Source: Eledone cirrhosa (taxonomy: Eukaryota). Taken from it: a stretch of 64,000 nt of DNA. The stretch covers positions 59,458,001 through 59,522,000 of the forward strand of contig OZ024746.1 of the NCBI GenBank assembly GCA_964016885.1. Reading direction: 5' to 3'. Made by a program: the position numbers and the translations under genes. Below, piece by piece: positions 38,400-52,300 of this stretch (the stretch's first letter is position 1; every line of letters starts with the position of its first letter). Under the pieces are notes generated by a model. That model worked only from the letters and a program-made list of their open reading frames with translations. It made no database searches and was not told the DNA's origin.

Positions 38400-41300
38400 G
38401 TTGTTGACTGTATGTTCTGTAGTGTCTATGTTAGTAGTTGTAGTGTTGTTGACTGGATGTTCTGTAGTGTCTATGTTGGTAGTTGTTGTGCTGTTGACTG
38501 TATGTTCTGTAGTGTCTATGTTGGTAGTTGTACAGTTGTTGACTGTATGTTCTGTAGTGTCTATGTTGGTAGTTGTAGTGTTGTTGACTGTAAGTTCTGT
38601 AGTGTCAATGGTGGTAGTTGTGGTGTTGTTGACTGTATGTTCTGTAGTGTCTATGTTGGTAGTTGTAGTGTTGTTGACTGTATGTTCTGTAGTGTCTATG
38701 TTTGTGGTTGTGGTGTTGGTGACTGTATGTTCTGTAGTGTCTATGTTGGTAGTTGTGGTGTTGTTGACTGTATCTTCTGTAGTGTCTATGGTGGTAGTTG
38801 TAGTGTTGTTGACTGTATGTTCTGTAGTGTCTATGTTAGTAGTTGTACAGTTGTTGACTGTATGTTCTGTAGTGTCTATGTTAGTAGTTGTGGTGTTGTT
38901 GACTGTATGTTCTGTAGTGTCTATGTTAGTAGTTGTGGTGTTGTTGACTGTATGTTCTGTATTGTCTATGTTAGTAGTTGTGGTGTTGTTGACTGTATGT
39001 TCTGTAGTGTCTATGTTGGTAGTTGTGGTGTTGTTGACTGTATGTTCTGTAGTGTCTATGATGGTAGTTGTGGTGTTGTTCACTGTATGTTCTGTAGTGT
39101 CTATGTTGGTAGTTGTGGTGTTGTTGACTGTATGTTCTGTAGTGTCTATGTTGGTAGTTGTACAGTTGTTGACTGTATGTTGTGTAGTGTCTATGTTAGT
39201 AGTTGTACTGTTGTTGACTGTATGTTCTGTAGTGTCTATGTTGGTAGTTGTGGTGTTGTTGACTGTATGTTCTGTACTGTCTATGTTAGTAGTTGTACAG
39301 TTGTTGACTGTATGTTCTGTAGTGTCTATGTTAGTAGTTGTGGTGTTGTTGACTGTATGTTCTGTAGTGTCTATGTTGGTAGTTGTAGTGTTGTTGACTG
39401 TATGTTCTGTAGTGTCTATGTTAGTAGTTGTGGTGTTGTTGACTGTATGTTCTGTAGTGTCTATGTTAGTAGTTGTGGTGTTGTTGACTGTATGTTCTGT
39501 AGTGTCTATGTGGCTGGTTGTGGTGTTGTTGACTGTATGTTGTGAAGTATCTATGTTGGTAGTTGTAGTGTTGTTGACTGTATGTTCTGTAGTGTCTATG
39601 TTGGTAGTTGTGGTGTTGTTGACTGTATGTTCTGTAGTGTATATGTTAGTAGTTGTACAGTTGTTGACTTTATGTTCTGTAGTGTCTATGTTGGTAGTTG
39701 TTGTGTTGTTGACTGTATGTTCTGTAGTGTCTATGTTAGTAGTTGTGGTGTTGTTGACTGTATGTTCTGTAGTGTCTATGTTGGTAGTTGTGGTGTTGTT
39801 GACTGTATGTTCTGTAGTGTCTATGTTGGTAGTTTTGGTGTTGTTGACTGTATGTTCTGTAGAGTCTATGTTAGTAGTTGTACAGTTGTTGACCGTATGT
39901 TCTGTAGTGTCTATTTTAGTAGTTGTGGTGTTGTTGACTGTATGTTCTGTAGTGTCTATGTTGGTAGTTGTGGTGTTGTTGACTGTATGTTCTGTAGTGT
40001 CTATGTTGGTAGTTGTGGTGTTGTTGACTGTATGTTCTGTAGTGTCTATGTTGGTAGTTGTGGTGTTGTTGACTGTATGTTCTGTAGTATCTATGTTGGT
40101 AGTTGTAGTGTTGTTGACTGTATGTTCTGTAGTGTCTATGTTGGTAGTTGTAGTGTTGTTGACTATGTTCTGTAGTGTCTATGTTAGTAGTTGTGGTGTT
40201 GGTGACTGTATGTTCTGTAGTGTCTATGTTAGTAGTTGTGGTGTTGTTGACTGGATGTTCTGTAGTGTCTATGTTGGTAGTTGTTGTGCTGTTGACTGTA
40301 TGTTCTGTAGTGTCTATGTTGGTAGTTGTACAGTTGTTGACTGTATGTTCTGTAGTGTCTATGTTGGTAGTTGTAGTGTTGTTGACTGTAAGTTCTGTAG
40401 TGTCTATGCTGGTAGTTGTGGTGTTGTTTACTGTATGTTCTGTAGTGTCTATGTTGGTAGTTGTAGTGTTGTTGACTGTATGTTCTGTAGTGTCTATGTT
40501 TGTAGTTGTGGTGTTGGTGACTGTATGTTCTGTAGTGTCTATGTTGGTAGTTGTGGTGTTGTTGACTGTATCTTCTGTAGTGTCTATGGTGGTAGTTGTA
40601 GTGTTGTTGACTGTATGTTCTGTAGTGTCTATGTTAGTAGTTGTACAGTTGTTGACTGTATGTTCTGTAGTGTCTATGTTAGTAGTTGTGGTGTTGTTGA
40701 CTGTATGTTCTGTAGTGTCTATGTTGGTAGTTGTAGTGTTGTTGACTGTATGTTCTGTAGTGTCTATGTTAGTAGTTGTGGTGTTGTTGACTGTATGTTC
40801 TGTAGTGTCTATGTTAGTAGTTGTGGTGTTGTTGACTGTATGTTCTGTAGTGTCTATGTTGGTAGTTGTGGTGTTGTTGACTGTATGTTCTGTAGTGTCT
40901 ATGATGGTAGTTGTGGTGTTGTTCACTGTATGTTCTGTAGTGTCTATGTTGGTAGTTGTGGTGTTGTTGACTGTATGTTCTGTAGTGTCTATGTTGGTAG
41001 TTGTACAGTTGTTGACTGTATGTCCTGTAGTGTCTATGTTAGTAGTTGTACTGTTGTTGACTGTATGTTCTGTAGTGTCTATGTTGGTAGTTGTGGTGTT
41101 GTTGACTGTATGTTCTGTAGTGTCTATGTTAGTAGTTGTACAGTTGTTGACTGTATGTTCTGTAGTGTCTATGTTAGTAGTTGTGGTGTTGTTGACTGTA
41201 TGTTCTGTAGTGTCTATGTTGGTAGTGGTAGTGTTGTTGACTGTATGTTCTGTAGTGTCTATGTTAGTAGTTGTGGTGTTGTTGACTGTATGTTCTGTAG

Positions 41301-44000
41301 TGTCTATGTTAGTAGTTGTGGTGTTGTTGACTGTATGTTCTGTAGTGTCTATGTGGCTAGTTGTGGTGTTGTTGACTGTATGTTGTGAAGTATCTATGTT
41401 GGTAGTTGTAGTGTTGTTGACTGTATGTTCTGTAGTGTATATGTTAGTAGTTGTACAGTTGTTGACTTTATGTTCTGTAGTGTCTAAGTTGGTAGTTGTT
41501 GTGTTGTTGACTGTATGTTCTGTAGTGTCTATGTTAGTAGTTGTGGTGTTGTTGACTGTATGTTCTGTAGTGTCTATGTTGGTAGTTGTGGTGTTGTTGA
41601 CTGTATGTTCTGTAGTGTCTATGTTGGTAGTTTTGTTGTTGTTGACTGTATGTTCTGTAGAGTCTATGTTAGTAGTTGTACAGTTGTTGACTGTATGTTC
41701 TGTAGTGTCTATTTTAGTAGTTGTGGTGTTGTTGACTGTATGTTCTGTAGTGTCTATGTTGGTAGTTGTGGTGTTGTTGACTGTATGTTCTGTAGTGTAT
41801 ATGTTAGTAGTTGTACAGTTGTTGACTTTATGTTCTGTAGTGTCTATGTTGGTAGTTGTTGTGTTGTTGACTGTATGTTCTGTAGTGTCTATGTTAGTAG
41901 TTGTGGTGTTGTTGACTGTATGTTCTGTAGTGTCTATGTTGGTAGTTGTGGTGTTGTTGACTGTATGTTCTGTAGTGTCTATGTTGGTAGTTTTGGTGTT
42001 GTTGACTGTATGTTCTGTAGAGTCTATGTTAGTAGTTGTACAGTTGTTGACTGTATGTTCTGTAGTGTCTATTTTAGTAGTTGTGGTGTTGTTGACTGTA
42101 TGTTCTGTAGTGTCTATGTTGGTAGTTGTGGTGTTGTTGACTGTATGTTCTGTAGTGTCTATGTTGGTAGTTGTGGTGTTGTTGACTGTATGTTCTGTAG
42201 TGTCTATGTTGGTAGTTGTGGTGTTGTTGACTGTATGTTCTGTAGTATCTATGTTGGTAGTTGTAGTGTTGTTGACTGTATGTTCTGTAGTGTCTATGTT
42301 GGTAGTTGTAGTGTTGTTGACTATGTTCTGTAGTGTCTATGTTAGTAGTTGTGGTGTTGGTGACTGTATGTTCTGTAGTGTCTATGTTAGTAGTTGTGGT
42401 GTTGTTGACTGGATGTTCTGTAGTGTCTATGTTGGTAGTTGTTGTGCTGTTGACTGTATGTTCTGTAGTGTCTATGTTGGTAGTTGTACAGTTGTTGACT
42501 GTATGTTCTGTAGTGTCTATGTTGGTAGTTGTAGTGTTGTTGACTGTAAGTTCTGTAGTGTCTATGGTGGTAGTTGTGGTGTTGTTGACTGTATGTTCTG
42601 TAGTGTCTATGTTGGTAGTTGTAGTGTTGTTGACTGTATGTTCTGTAGTGTCTATGTTTGTAGTTGTGGTGTTGGTGACTGTATGTTCTGTAGTGTCTAT
42701 GTTGGTAGTTGTGGTGTTGTTGACTGTATCTTCTGTAGTGTCTATGGTGGTAGTTGTAGTGTTGTTGACTGTATGTTCTGTAGTGTCTATTTTAGTAGTT
42801 GTACAGTTGTTGACTGTATGTTCTGTAGTGTCTATGTTAGTAGTTGTGGTGTTGATGACTGTATGTTCTGTAGTGTCTATGTTGGTAGTTGTAGTGTTGT
42901 TGACTGTATGTTCTGTAGTGTCTATGTTAGTAGTTGTGGTGTTGTTGACTGTATGTTCTGTAGTGTCTATGTTAGTACTTGTGGTGTTGTTGACTGTATG
43001 TTCTGTAGTGTCTATGTTGGTAGTTGTGGTGTTGTTGACTGTATGTTCTGTAGTGTCTATGTTGGTAGTTGTGGTGTTGTTCACTGTATGTTCTGTAGTG
43101 TCTATGTTGGTAGTTGTGGTGTTGTTGACTGTATGTTCTGTAGTGTCTATGTTGGTAGTTGTACAGTTGTTGACCGTATGTCCTGTAGTGTCTATGTTAG
43201 TAGTTGTACTGTTGTTGACTGTATGTTCTGTAGTGTCTATGTTGGTAGTTGTGGTGTTGTTGACTGTATGTTCTGTAGTATCTATGTTGGTAGATGTAGT
43301 GTTGTTGACTGTATGTTCTATAGTGTTTATGTGGCTAGTTGTGGTGTTGTTGACTGTATGTTGTGTAGTATCTATGTTGGTAGTTGTAGTGTTGTTGACT
43401 GTATGTTCTGTAGTGTCTATGTTGGTAGTTGTGGTGTTGTTGACTGTATGTTCTGTAGTGTCTATGTTAGTAGTTGTACAGTTGTTGACTTTATGTTCTG
43501 TAGTGTCTATGTTGGTAGTTGTGGTGTTGTTGACTGTATGTTCTGTAGTGTCTATGTTAGTAGTTGTGGTGTTGTTGACTGTATGTTCTGTAGTGTCTAT
43601 GTTGGTAGTTGTGGTGTTGTTGACTGTATGTTCTGTAGTGTCTATGTTGGTAGTTTTGGTGTTGTTGACTGTATGTTCTGTAGAGTCTATGTTAGTAGTT
43701 GTACAGTTGTTGACTGTATGTTCTGTAGTGTCTATGTTAGTAGTTGTGGTGTTGTTGACTGTATGTTCTGTAGTGTCTATGTTGGTAGTTGTGGTGTTGT
43801 TGACTGTATGTTCTGTAGTGTCTATGTTGGTAGTTGTGGTGTTGTTGACTGTATGTTCTGTAGTGTCTATGTTGGTAGTTGTGGTGTTGTTGACTGTATG
43901 TTCTGTAGTATCTATGTTGGTAGTTGTAGTGTTGTTGACTGTATGTTCTGTAGTGTCTATGTTGATAGTTGTAGTGTTGTTGACTATGTTCTGTAGTGTC
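38400..44000. repeat. Three diverged copies of a roughly 41-48-monomer block (periods 1843 and 2158 bp), with an internal 8-monomer (360 bp) duplication at about 41420-42140
   Basis: TTCACT is at about 39079, 40922 and 43080; TTGTGAAG ORF ends are 39545/41388 (+1843); ORF starts are 40175/42333 (+2158). TGTAGTGTATATG is at 41431 and 41791 (+360). Confidence 0.8.
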
Positions 44001-47000
44001 TATGTTGGTAGTTGTGGTGTTGTTGACTGTATGTTCTGTAGTGTCTATGTTGGTAGTTGTACGGTTGTTGACTGTATCTTCTGTAGTCTCTATGTTGGTA
44101 GTTGTGGTGTTGTTGACTGTATGTTCTGTAGTGTCTATGTTGGTAGTTGTACTGTTGTTGACTGTATGTTCTGTAGTGTCTATGTTGGTAGTTGGGGTGT
44201 TGTTGACTGTATGTTCTGTAGTGTCTATGTTGGTAGTTGTACAGTTGTTTACTGTATGTTCTGTAGTGTCTATGTTGGTAGTTGTAGTGTTGTTGACTGT
44301 ATGTTCTGTAGTGTCTATGTTGGTAGTTGTAGTGTTGTTGACTGTATGTTCTGTAGTGTGTATGTTGGTAGTTGTACTGTTGTTGACTGTATGTTCTGTA
44401 GTGTCTATGTTGGTAGTTGTAGTGTTGTTGACTGTATGTTCTGTAGTGTCTATGTTGGTAGTTGTAGTGTTGTTGACTATGTTCTGTAGTGTCTATGTTC
44501 GTAGTTGTGGTGTTGTTGACTATATGTTCTGTAGTGTCTATGTTGGTAGTTGTGGTGTTGTTGACTGTATGTTCTGTAGTGTCTATGTTGGTAGTTGTAC
44601 TGTTGTTGACTGTATGTTCTGTAGTGTCTATGTTGGTAGTTGTGGTGTTGTTGACTGTATGTTCTGTAGTATCTATGTTGGTAGTTGTAGTGTTGTTGAC
44701 TGTATGTTCTGTAGTATCTATGTTGGTAGTTGTAGTGTTGTTGACTATGTTCTGTAGTGTCTATGTTAGTAGTTGTACAGTTGTTGACTGTATGTTCTGT
44801 ATTGTCTATGTTGGTAGTTGTAGTGTTGTTGACTATGTTCTGTAGTGTCTATGTTAGTAGTTGTGGTGTTGGTGACTGTATGTTCTGTAGTGTCTATGGT
44901 GGTAGTTGTGGTGTTGTTGACTGAATGTTCTGTAGTTTCTATGGTGGTACTTGTGGTGTTGTTGACTGTATGTTCTGTAGTGTCTATGTTGGTAGTTGTA
45001 GTGTTGTTGGCTGTATGTTCTGTAGTGTCTATGTTGGTAGTTGTACTGTTGTTGACTGTATGTTCTGTAGTGTCTATGTTGGTAGTTGTACTGTTGTTGA
45101 CTCTATGTTCTGTAGTGTCTATGGTGGTAGTTGTGTTATTGTTGTCTGTATGTTCTGTAGTGTCTATGTTATTAGTTGTGGTGTTGTTGACTGTATGTTC
45201 TGTAGTGTCTATGGTGGTAGTTGTGGTGTTGTTGACTGTATGTTCTATCGTGTCTATGGTGGTAGTTGTGGTGTTTGTTGACTGTATATTCTGTAGTGTT
45301 TATGTTAGTAATTGTGGTGTTGTTGACTGTATGTTCTGTAGTGTCTATGTTGGTAGTTGTAGTGTTGTTGACTGTAAGTTCTGTAGTGTCTATGGTGGTA
45401 GTTGTGGTGTTGTTGACTGTATGTTCTGTAGTGTCTATGTTGGTAGTTGTAGTGTTGTTGACTGTATGTTCTGTAGTGTCTATGTTTGTAGTTGTGGTGT
45501 TGGTGACTGTATGTTCTGTAGTGTCTATGTTGGTAGTTGTGGTGTTGTTGACTGTATCTTCTGTAGTGTCTATGGTCGTAGTTGTAGTGTTGTTGACTGT
45601 ATGTTCTGTAGTGTCTATGTTAGTAGTTGTACAGTTGTTGACTGTATGTTCTGTAGTGTCTATGTTAGTAGTTGTGGTGTTGTTGACTGTATGTTCTGTA
45701 GTGTCTATGTTGGTAGTTGTAGTGTTGTTGACGGTATGTTCTGTAGTGTCTATGTTAGTAGTTGTGGTGTTGTTGACTGTATGTTCTGTAGTGTCTATGT
45801 TAGTAGTTGTGGTGTTGTTGACTGTATGTTCTGTAGTGTCTATGTTGGTAGTTGTGGTGTTGTTGACTGTATGTTCTGTAGTGTCTATGTTGGTAGTTGT
45901 GGTGTTGTTCACTGTATGTTCTGTAGTGTCTATGTTGGTAGCTGTGGTGTTGTTGACTGTATGTTCTGTAGTGTCTATGTTGGTAGTTGTACAGTTGTTG
46001 ACTGTATATCCTGTAGTGTCTATGTTAGTAGTTGTACTGTTGTTGACTGTATGTTCTGTAGTGTCTATGTTGGTAGTTGTGGTGTTGTTGACTGTATGTT
46101 CTGTAGTATCTATGTTGGTAGATGTAGTGTTGTTGACTGTATGTTCTATAGTGTCTATGTGGCTAGTTGTGGTGTTGTTGACTGTATGTTGTGTAGTATC
46201 TATGTTGGTAGTTGTAGTGTTGTTGACTGTATGTTCTGTAGTGTCTATGTTGGTAGTTGTGGTGTTGTTGACTGTATGTTCTGTAGTGTCTATGTTAGTA
46301 GTTGTACAGTTGTTGACTTTATGTTCTGTAGTGTCTATGTTGGTAGTTGTGGTGTTGTTGACTGTATGTTCTGTAGTGTCTATGTTAGTAGTTGTGGTGT
46401 TGTTGACTGTATGTTCTGTAGTGTCTATGTTAGTAGTTGTACAGTTGTTGACTTTATGTTCTGTAGTGTCTATGTTGGTAGTTGTGGTGTTGTTGACTGT
46501 ATGTTCTGTAGTGTCTATGTTAGTAGTTGTGGTGTTGTTGACTGTATGTTCTGTAGTGTCTATGTTGGTAGTTGTGGTGTTGTTGACTGTATGTTCTGTA
46601 GTGTCTATGTTGGTAGTTTTGGTGTTGTTGACTGTATGTTCTGTAGAGTCTATGTTAGTAGTTGTACAGTTGTTGACTGTATGTTCTGTAGTGTCTATGT
46701 TAGTAGTTGTGGTGTTGTTGACTGTATGTTCTGTAGTGTCTATGTTGGTAGTTGTGGTGTTGTTGACTGTATGTTCTGTAGTGTCTATGTTGGTAGTTGT
46801 GGTGTTGTTGACTGTATGTTCTGTAGTGTCTATGTTGGTAGTTGTGGTGTTGTTGACTGTATGTTCTGTAGTATCTATGTTGGTAGTTGTAGTGTTGTTG
46901 ACTGTATGTTCTGTAGTGTCTATGTTGATAGTTGTAGTGTTGTTGACTATGTTCTGTAGTGTCTATGTTGGTAGTTGTGGTGTTGTTGACTGTATGTTCT

Positions 47001-49375
47001 GTAGTGTCTATGTTGGTAGTTGTACGGTTGTTGACTGTATCTTCTGTAGTCTCTATGTTGGTAGTTGTGGTGTTGTTGACTGTATGTTCTGTAGTGTCTA
47101 TGTTGGTAGTTGTACTGTTGTTGACTGTATGTTCTGTAGTGTCTATGTTGGTAGTTGGGGTGTTGTTGACTGTATGTTCTGTAGTGTCTATGTTGGTAGT
47201 TGTACAGTTGTTTACTGTATGTTCTGTAGTGTCTATGTTGGTAGTTGTAGTGTTGTTGACTGTATGTTCTGTAGTGTCTATGTTGGTAGTTGTAGTGTTG
47301 TTGACTGTATGTTCTGTAGTGTGTATGTTGGTAGTTGTACTGTTGTTGACTGTATGTTCTGTAGTGTCTATGTTGGTAGTTGTAGTGTTGTTGACTGTAT
47401 GTTCTGTAGTGTCTATGTTGGTAGTTGTAGTGTTGTTGACTATGTTCTGTAGTGTCTATGTTCGTAGTTGTGGTGTTGTTGACTATATGTTCTGTAGTGT
47501 CTATGTTGGTAGTTGTGGTGTTGTTGACTGTATGTTCTGTAGTGTCTATGTTGGTAGTTGTACTGTTGTTGACTGTATGTTCTGTAGTGTCTATGTTGGT
47601 AGTTGTGGTGTTGTTGACTGTATGTTCTGTAGTATCTATGTTGGTAGTTGTAGTGTTGTTGACTGTATGTTCTGTAGTATCTATGTTGGTAGTTGTAGTG
47701 TTGTTGACTATGTTCTGTAGTGTCTATGTTAGTAGTTGTACAGTTGTTGACTGTATGTTCTGTATTGTCTATGTTGGTAGTTGTAGTGTTGTTGACTATG
47801 TTCTGTAGTGTCTATGTTAGTAGTTGTGGTGTTGGTGACTGTATGTTCTGTAGTGTCTATGGTGGTAGTTGTGGTGTTGTTGACTGAATGTTCTGTAGTT
47901 TCTATGGTGGTACTTGTGGTGTTGTTGACTGTATGTTCTGTAGTGTCTATGTTGGTAGTTGTAGTGTTGTTGGCTGTATGTTCTGTAGTGTCTATGTTGG
48001 TAGTTGTACTGTTGTTGACTGTATGTTCTGTAGTGTCTATGTTGGTAGTTGTACTGTTGTTGACTCTATGTTCTGTAGTGTCTATGGTGGTAGTTGTGTT
48101 ATTGTTGTCTGTATGTTCTGTAGTGTCTATGTTATTAGTTGTGGTGTTGTTGACTGTATGTTCTGTAGTGTCTATGGTGGTAGTTGTGGTGTTGTTGACT
48201 GTATGTTCTATCGTGTCTATGGTGGTAGTTGTGGTGTTTGTTGACTGTATATTCTGTAGTGTTTATGTTAGTAATTGTGGTGTTGTTGACTGTATGTTCT
48301 GTAGTGTCTATGTTGGTAGTTGTAGTGTTGTTGACTGTAAGTTCTGTAGTGTCTATGGTGGTAGTTGTGGTGTTGTTGACTGTATGTTCTGTAGTGTCTA
48401 TGTTGGTAGTTGTAGTGTTGTTGACTGTATGTTCTGTAGTGTCTATGTTTGTAGTTGTGGTGTTGGTGACTGTATGTTCTGTAGTGTCTATGTTGGTAGT
48501 TGTGGTGTTGTTGACTGTATCTTCTGTAGTGTCTATGGTCGTAGTTGTAGTGTTGTTGACTGTATGTTCTGTAGTGTCTATGTTAGTAGTTGTACAGTTG
48601 TTGACTGTATGTTCTGTAGTGTCTATGTTAGTAGTTGTGGTGTTGTTGACTGTATGTTCTGTAGTGTCTATGTTGGTAGTTGTAGTGTTGTTGACGGTAT
48701 GTTCTGTAGTGTCTATGTTAGTAGTTGTGGTGTTGTTGACTGTATGTTCTGTAGTGTCTATGTTAGTAGTTGTGGTGTTGTTGACTGTATGTTCTGTAGT
48801 GTCTATGTTGGTAGTTGTGGTGTTGTTGACTGTATGTTCTGTAGTGTCTATGTTGGTAGTTGTGGTGTTGTTCACTGTATGTTCTGTAGTGTCTATGTTG
48901 GTAGCTGTGGTGTTGTTGACTGTATGTTCTGTAGTGTCTATGTTGGTAGTTGTACAGTTGTTGACTGTATATCCTGTAGTGTCTATGTTAGTAGTTGTAC
49001 TGTTGTTGACTGTATGTTCTGTAGTGTCTATGTTGGTAGTTGTGGTGTTGTTGACTGTATGTTCTGTAGTATCTATGTTGGTAGATGTAGTGTTGTTGAC
49101 TGTATGTTCTATAGTGTCTATGTGGCTAGTTGTGGTGTTGTTGACTGTATGTTGTGTAGTATCTATGTTGGTAGTTGTAGTGTTGTTGACTGTATGTTCT
49201 GTAGTGTCTATGTTGGTAGTTGTGGTGTTGTTGACTGTATGTTCTGTAGTGTCTATGTTAGTAGTTGTACAGTTGTTGACTTTATGTTCTGTAGTGTCTA
49301 TGTTGGTAGTTGTGGTGTTGTTGACTGTATGTTCTGTAGTGTCTATGTTAGTAGTTGTGGTGTTGTTGACTGTAT
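43450..49375. repeat. Tandem duplication of a 66-monomer block (period 2963 bp)
   Basis: ORF pairs 43996/46959, 44489/47452, 44845/47808, 44925/47888 and 45266/48229 are all +2963 = 66x45 - 7 (four -2 deletions and one +1 insertion). Confidence 0.92.
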
Positions 49376-52300
49376 GTTCTGTAGTGTCTATGTTGGTAGT
49401 TGTGGTGTTGTTGACTGTATGTTCTGTAGTGTCTATGTTGGTAGTTTTGGTGTTGTTGACTGTATGTTCTGTAGAGTCTATGTTAGTAGTTGTACAGTTG
49501 TTGACTGTATGTTCTGTAGTGTCTATGTTAGTAGTTGTGGTGTTGTTGACTGTATGTTCTGTAGTGTCTATGTTGGTAGTTGTGGTGTTGTTGACTGTAT
49601 GTTCTGTAGTGTCTATGTTGGTAGTAGTGGTGTTGTTGACTGTATGTTCTGTAGTGTCTATGTTGGTAGTTGTGGTGTTGTTGACTGTATGTTCTGTAGT
49701 ATCTATGTTGGTAGTTGTAGTGTTTTTGACTGTATATTCTGTAGTGTCTATGTTGGTAGTTGTAGTGTTTTTGACTGTATATTCTGTAGTGTCTATGTTG
49801 GTAGTTGTAGTGTTGTTGACTATGTTCTGTAGTGTCTATGTTGGTAGTTGTGGTGTTGTTGACTGTATGTTCTGTAGTATCTATGTTGGTAGTTGTGGTG
49901 TTGTTGACTGTATGTTCTGTAGTGCCTATGTTGGTAGTTGTGGTGTTGTTGACTGTATGTTCTGTAGTGTCTATGTTGGTAGTTGTGGTGTTGTTGACTG
50001 TATGTTCTATAGTGTCTATGTTGGTAGTTGTGGTGTTGTTGACTGTATGTTCTGTAGTGTCTATGTTGGTAGTTGTGGTGTTGTTGACTGTATGTTCTGT
50101 AGTATCTATGTTGGTAGTTGTCGTGTTGTTGACTGTATGTTCTCTAGTGTCTATGTTGGTAGTTGTGGTGTTGTTGACTGTATGTTCTATAGTGTCTATG
50201 TTGGTAGTTGTGGTGTTGTTGACTGTATGTTCTGTATTGTCTATGTTAGTAGTTGTGGTGTTGTTGACTGTATGTTCTGTAGTATCTATGTTGGTAGTTG
50301 TAGTGTTGTTGTCTGTATGTTCTGTAGTGTCTATGTTGGTAGTTGTAGTGTTGTTGACTATGTTCTGTAGTGTCTATGTTGGTAGTTGTGGTGTTGTTGA
50401 CTGTATGTTCTGTAGTGTCTATGTTGGTAGTTGTGGTGTTGTTGACTGTATGTTCTGTAGTGTCTATGGTGGTAGTTGTGGTGTTGTTGACTGTATGTTC
50501 TGTAGTGTCTATGTTGGTAGTTGTGGTGTTGTTGACTGTATGTTCTGTAGTGTCTATGTTGGTAGTTGTACTGTTGTTGACTGTATGTTCTGTAGTATCT
50601 ATGTTGGTAGTTGTAGTGTTGTTGACTGTATGTTCTGTAGTGTCTATGTTGGTAGTTGTAGTGTTGTTGACTATGTTCTGTAGTGTCTATGTTGGTAGTT
50701 GTGGTGTTGTTGGCTGTATGTTCTGTAGTGTGTATGTTAGTAGTTGTGGTGTTGTTGACTGTATGTTCTGTAGTGTCTATGTTGGTAGTTGTGGTGTTGT
50801 TGACTGTATGTTCTGTAGTGTCTTTGTTGGTAGTTGTGGTGTTGTTGACTGTATGTTCTGCAGTGTCTATGTTAGTAGTTGTGGTGTTGTTGACTGTATG
50901 TTCTGTAGTGTCTATGTTGGTAGTTGTCGTGTTGTTGACTGTATGTTCTGTAGTGTCTATGTTGGTAGTTGTGGTGTTGTTGACTGTATGTTCTCTAGTG
51001 TCTATGTTGGTAGTTGTGGTGTTGTTGGCTGTATGTTCTGTAGTGTGTATGTTAGTAGTTGTGGTGTTGTTGACTGTATGTTCTGTAGTGTCTATGTTGG
51101 TAGTTGTGGTGTTGTTGACTGTATGTTCTGTAGTATCTATGTTGGTAGTTGTACTGTTCTTGACTGTATGTTCTATAGTGTCTTTGTTGGTAGTTGTAGT
51201 GTTGTTGACTGTATCATCTGTAGTGCCTATGTTAGTAGTTGTGGTGTTGTTGATTGTATGTTCTGTAGTGTCTATGGTGGTAGTTGTACTGTTGTTGACT
51301 GTATGTTCTGTAGTGCCTATGTTGGTAGTTGTAGTGTTGTTGACTGTATGTTCTGTAGTGTCTATGTTTATAGTTGTACTGTTGTTGACTGTATGTTCTG
51401 TAGTGTCTATGGTGGTAGTTGTACTGTTGTTGACTGTATGTTCTGTAGTGCCTATGTTGGTAGTTGTAGTGTTGTTGACTGTATGTTCTGTAGTGTCTAT
51501 GTTGGTAGTTGTAGTGTTGTTGACTGTATGTTCTGTAGTGTCTATGTTGGTAGTTGTAGTGTTGTTGACTGTATGTTCTGTAGTGTGTATGTTGGTAGTT
51601 GTACTGTTGTTGACTGTATGTTCTGTAGTGTCTATGTTGGTAGTTGTAGTGTTGTTGACTGTATGTTCTGTAGTGTCTATGTTGGTAGTTGTGGTGTTGT
51701 TGACTGTATGTTCTGTAGTGTCTATGTTGGTAGTTGTGGTGTTGTTGATTGTATGTTCTGTAGTGTCTATGTTGGTAGTTGTGGTGTTGTTGACTGTATG
51801 TTCTGTAGTGTCTATGTTGGTAGTTGTACTGTTGTTGACTGTATGTTCTATAGTGTCTATGTTGGTAGTTGTACAGTTGTTGACTGTATGTTCTGTAGTG
51901 TCTATGTTAGTAGTTGTGGTGTTGTTGACTGTATGTTCTGTATTGTCTATGTTGGTAGTTGTGTTGTTGACTGTATGTTCTGTAGTGTCTATGTTGGTAG
52001 TTGTAGTGTTGTTGACTGTATGTTCTGTAGTGTCTATGTTGGTAGTTGTGGTGTTGTTGACTGTATGTTCTGTAGTGTCTATGTTGGTAGTTGTGGTGTT
52101 GTTGACTGTATGTTCTGTAGTGTCTATGTTGGTAGTTGTGGTGTTGTTGACTGTATGTTCTGTAGTGTCTATGTTGGTAGTTGTTGTGCTATTGACTGTA
52201 TGTTCTGTAGTGTCTATGTTGGTAGTTGTACAGTTGTTGACCGTATGTTCTGTAGTGTCTATGTTGGTAGTTGTACTGTTGTTGACTGTATGTTCTGTAG

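Noticed and set aside
22752-48875. Minus-strand ORFs in the track (NNTTTTNIDTTEHTV / SQQHHNYQHRHYRTY) as discrete genes
   Set aside because: Their starts are chance GTG codons made by point variants (GTTCAC, GGTCAC) inside the array and their ends are set by frameshifts. No signal peptide or unique flank is present. The frame is kept only as a hypothesis in the findings.
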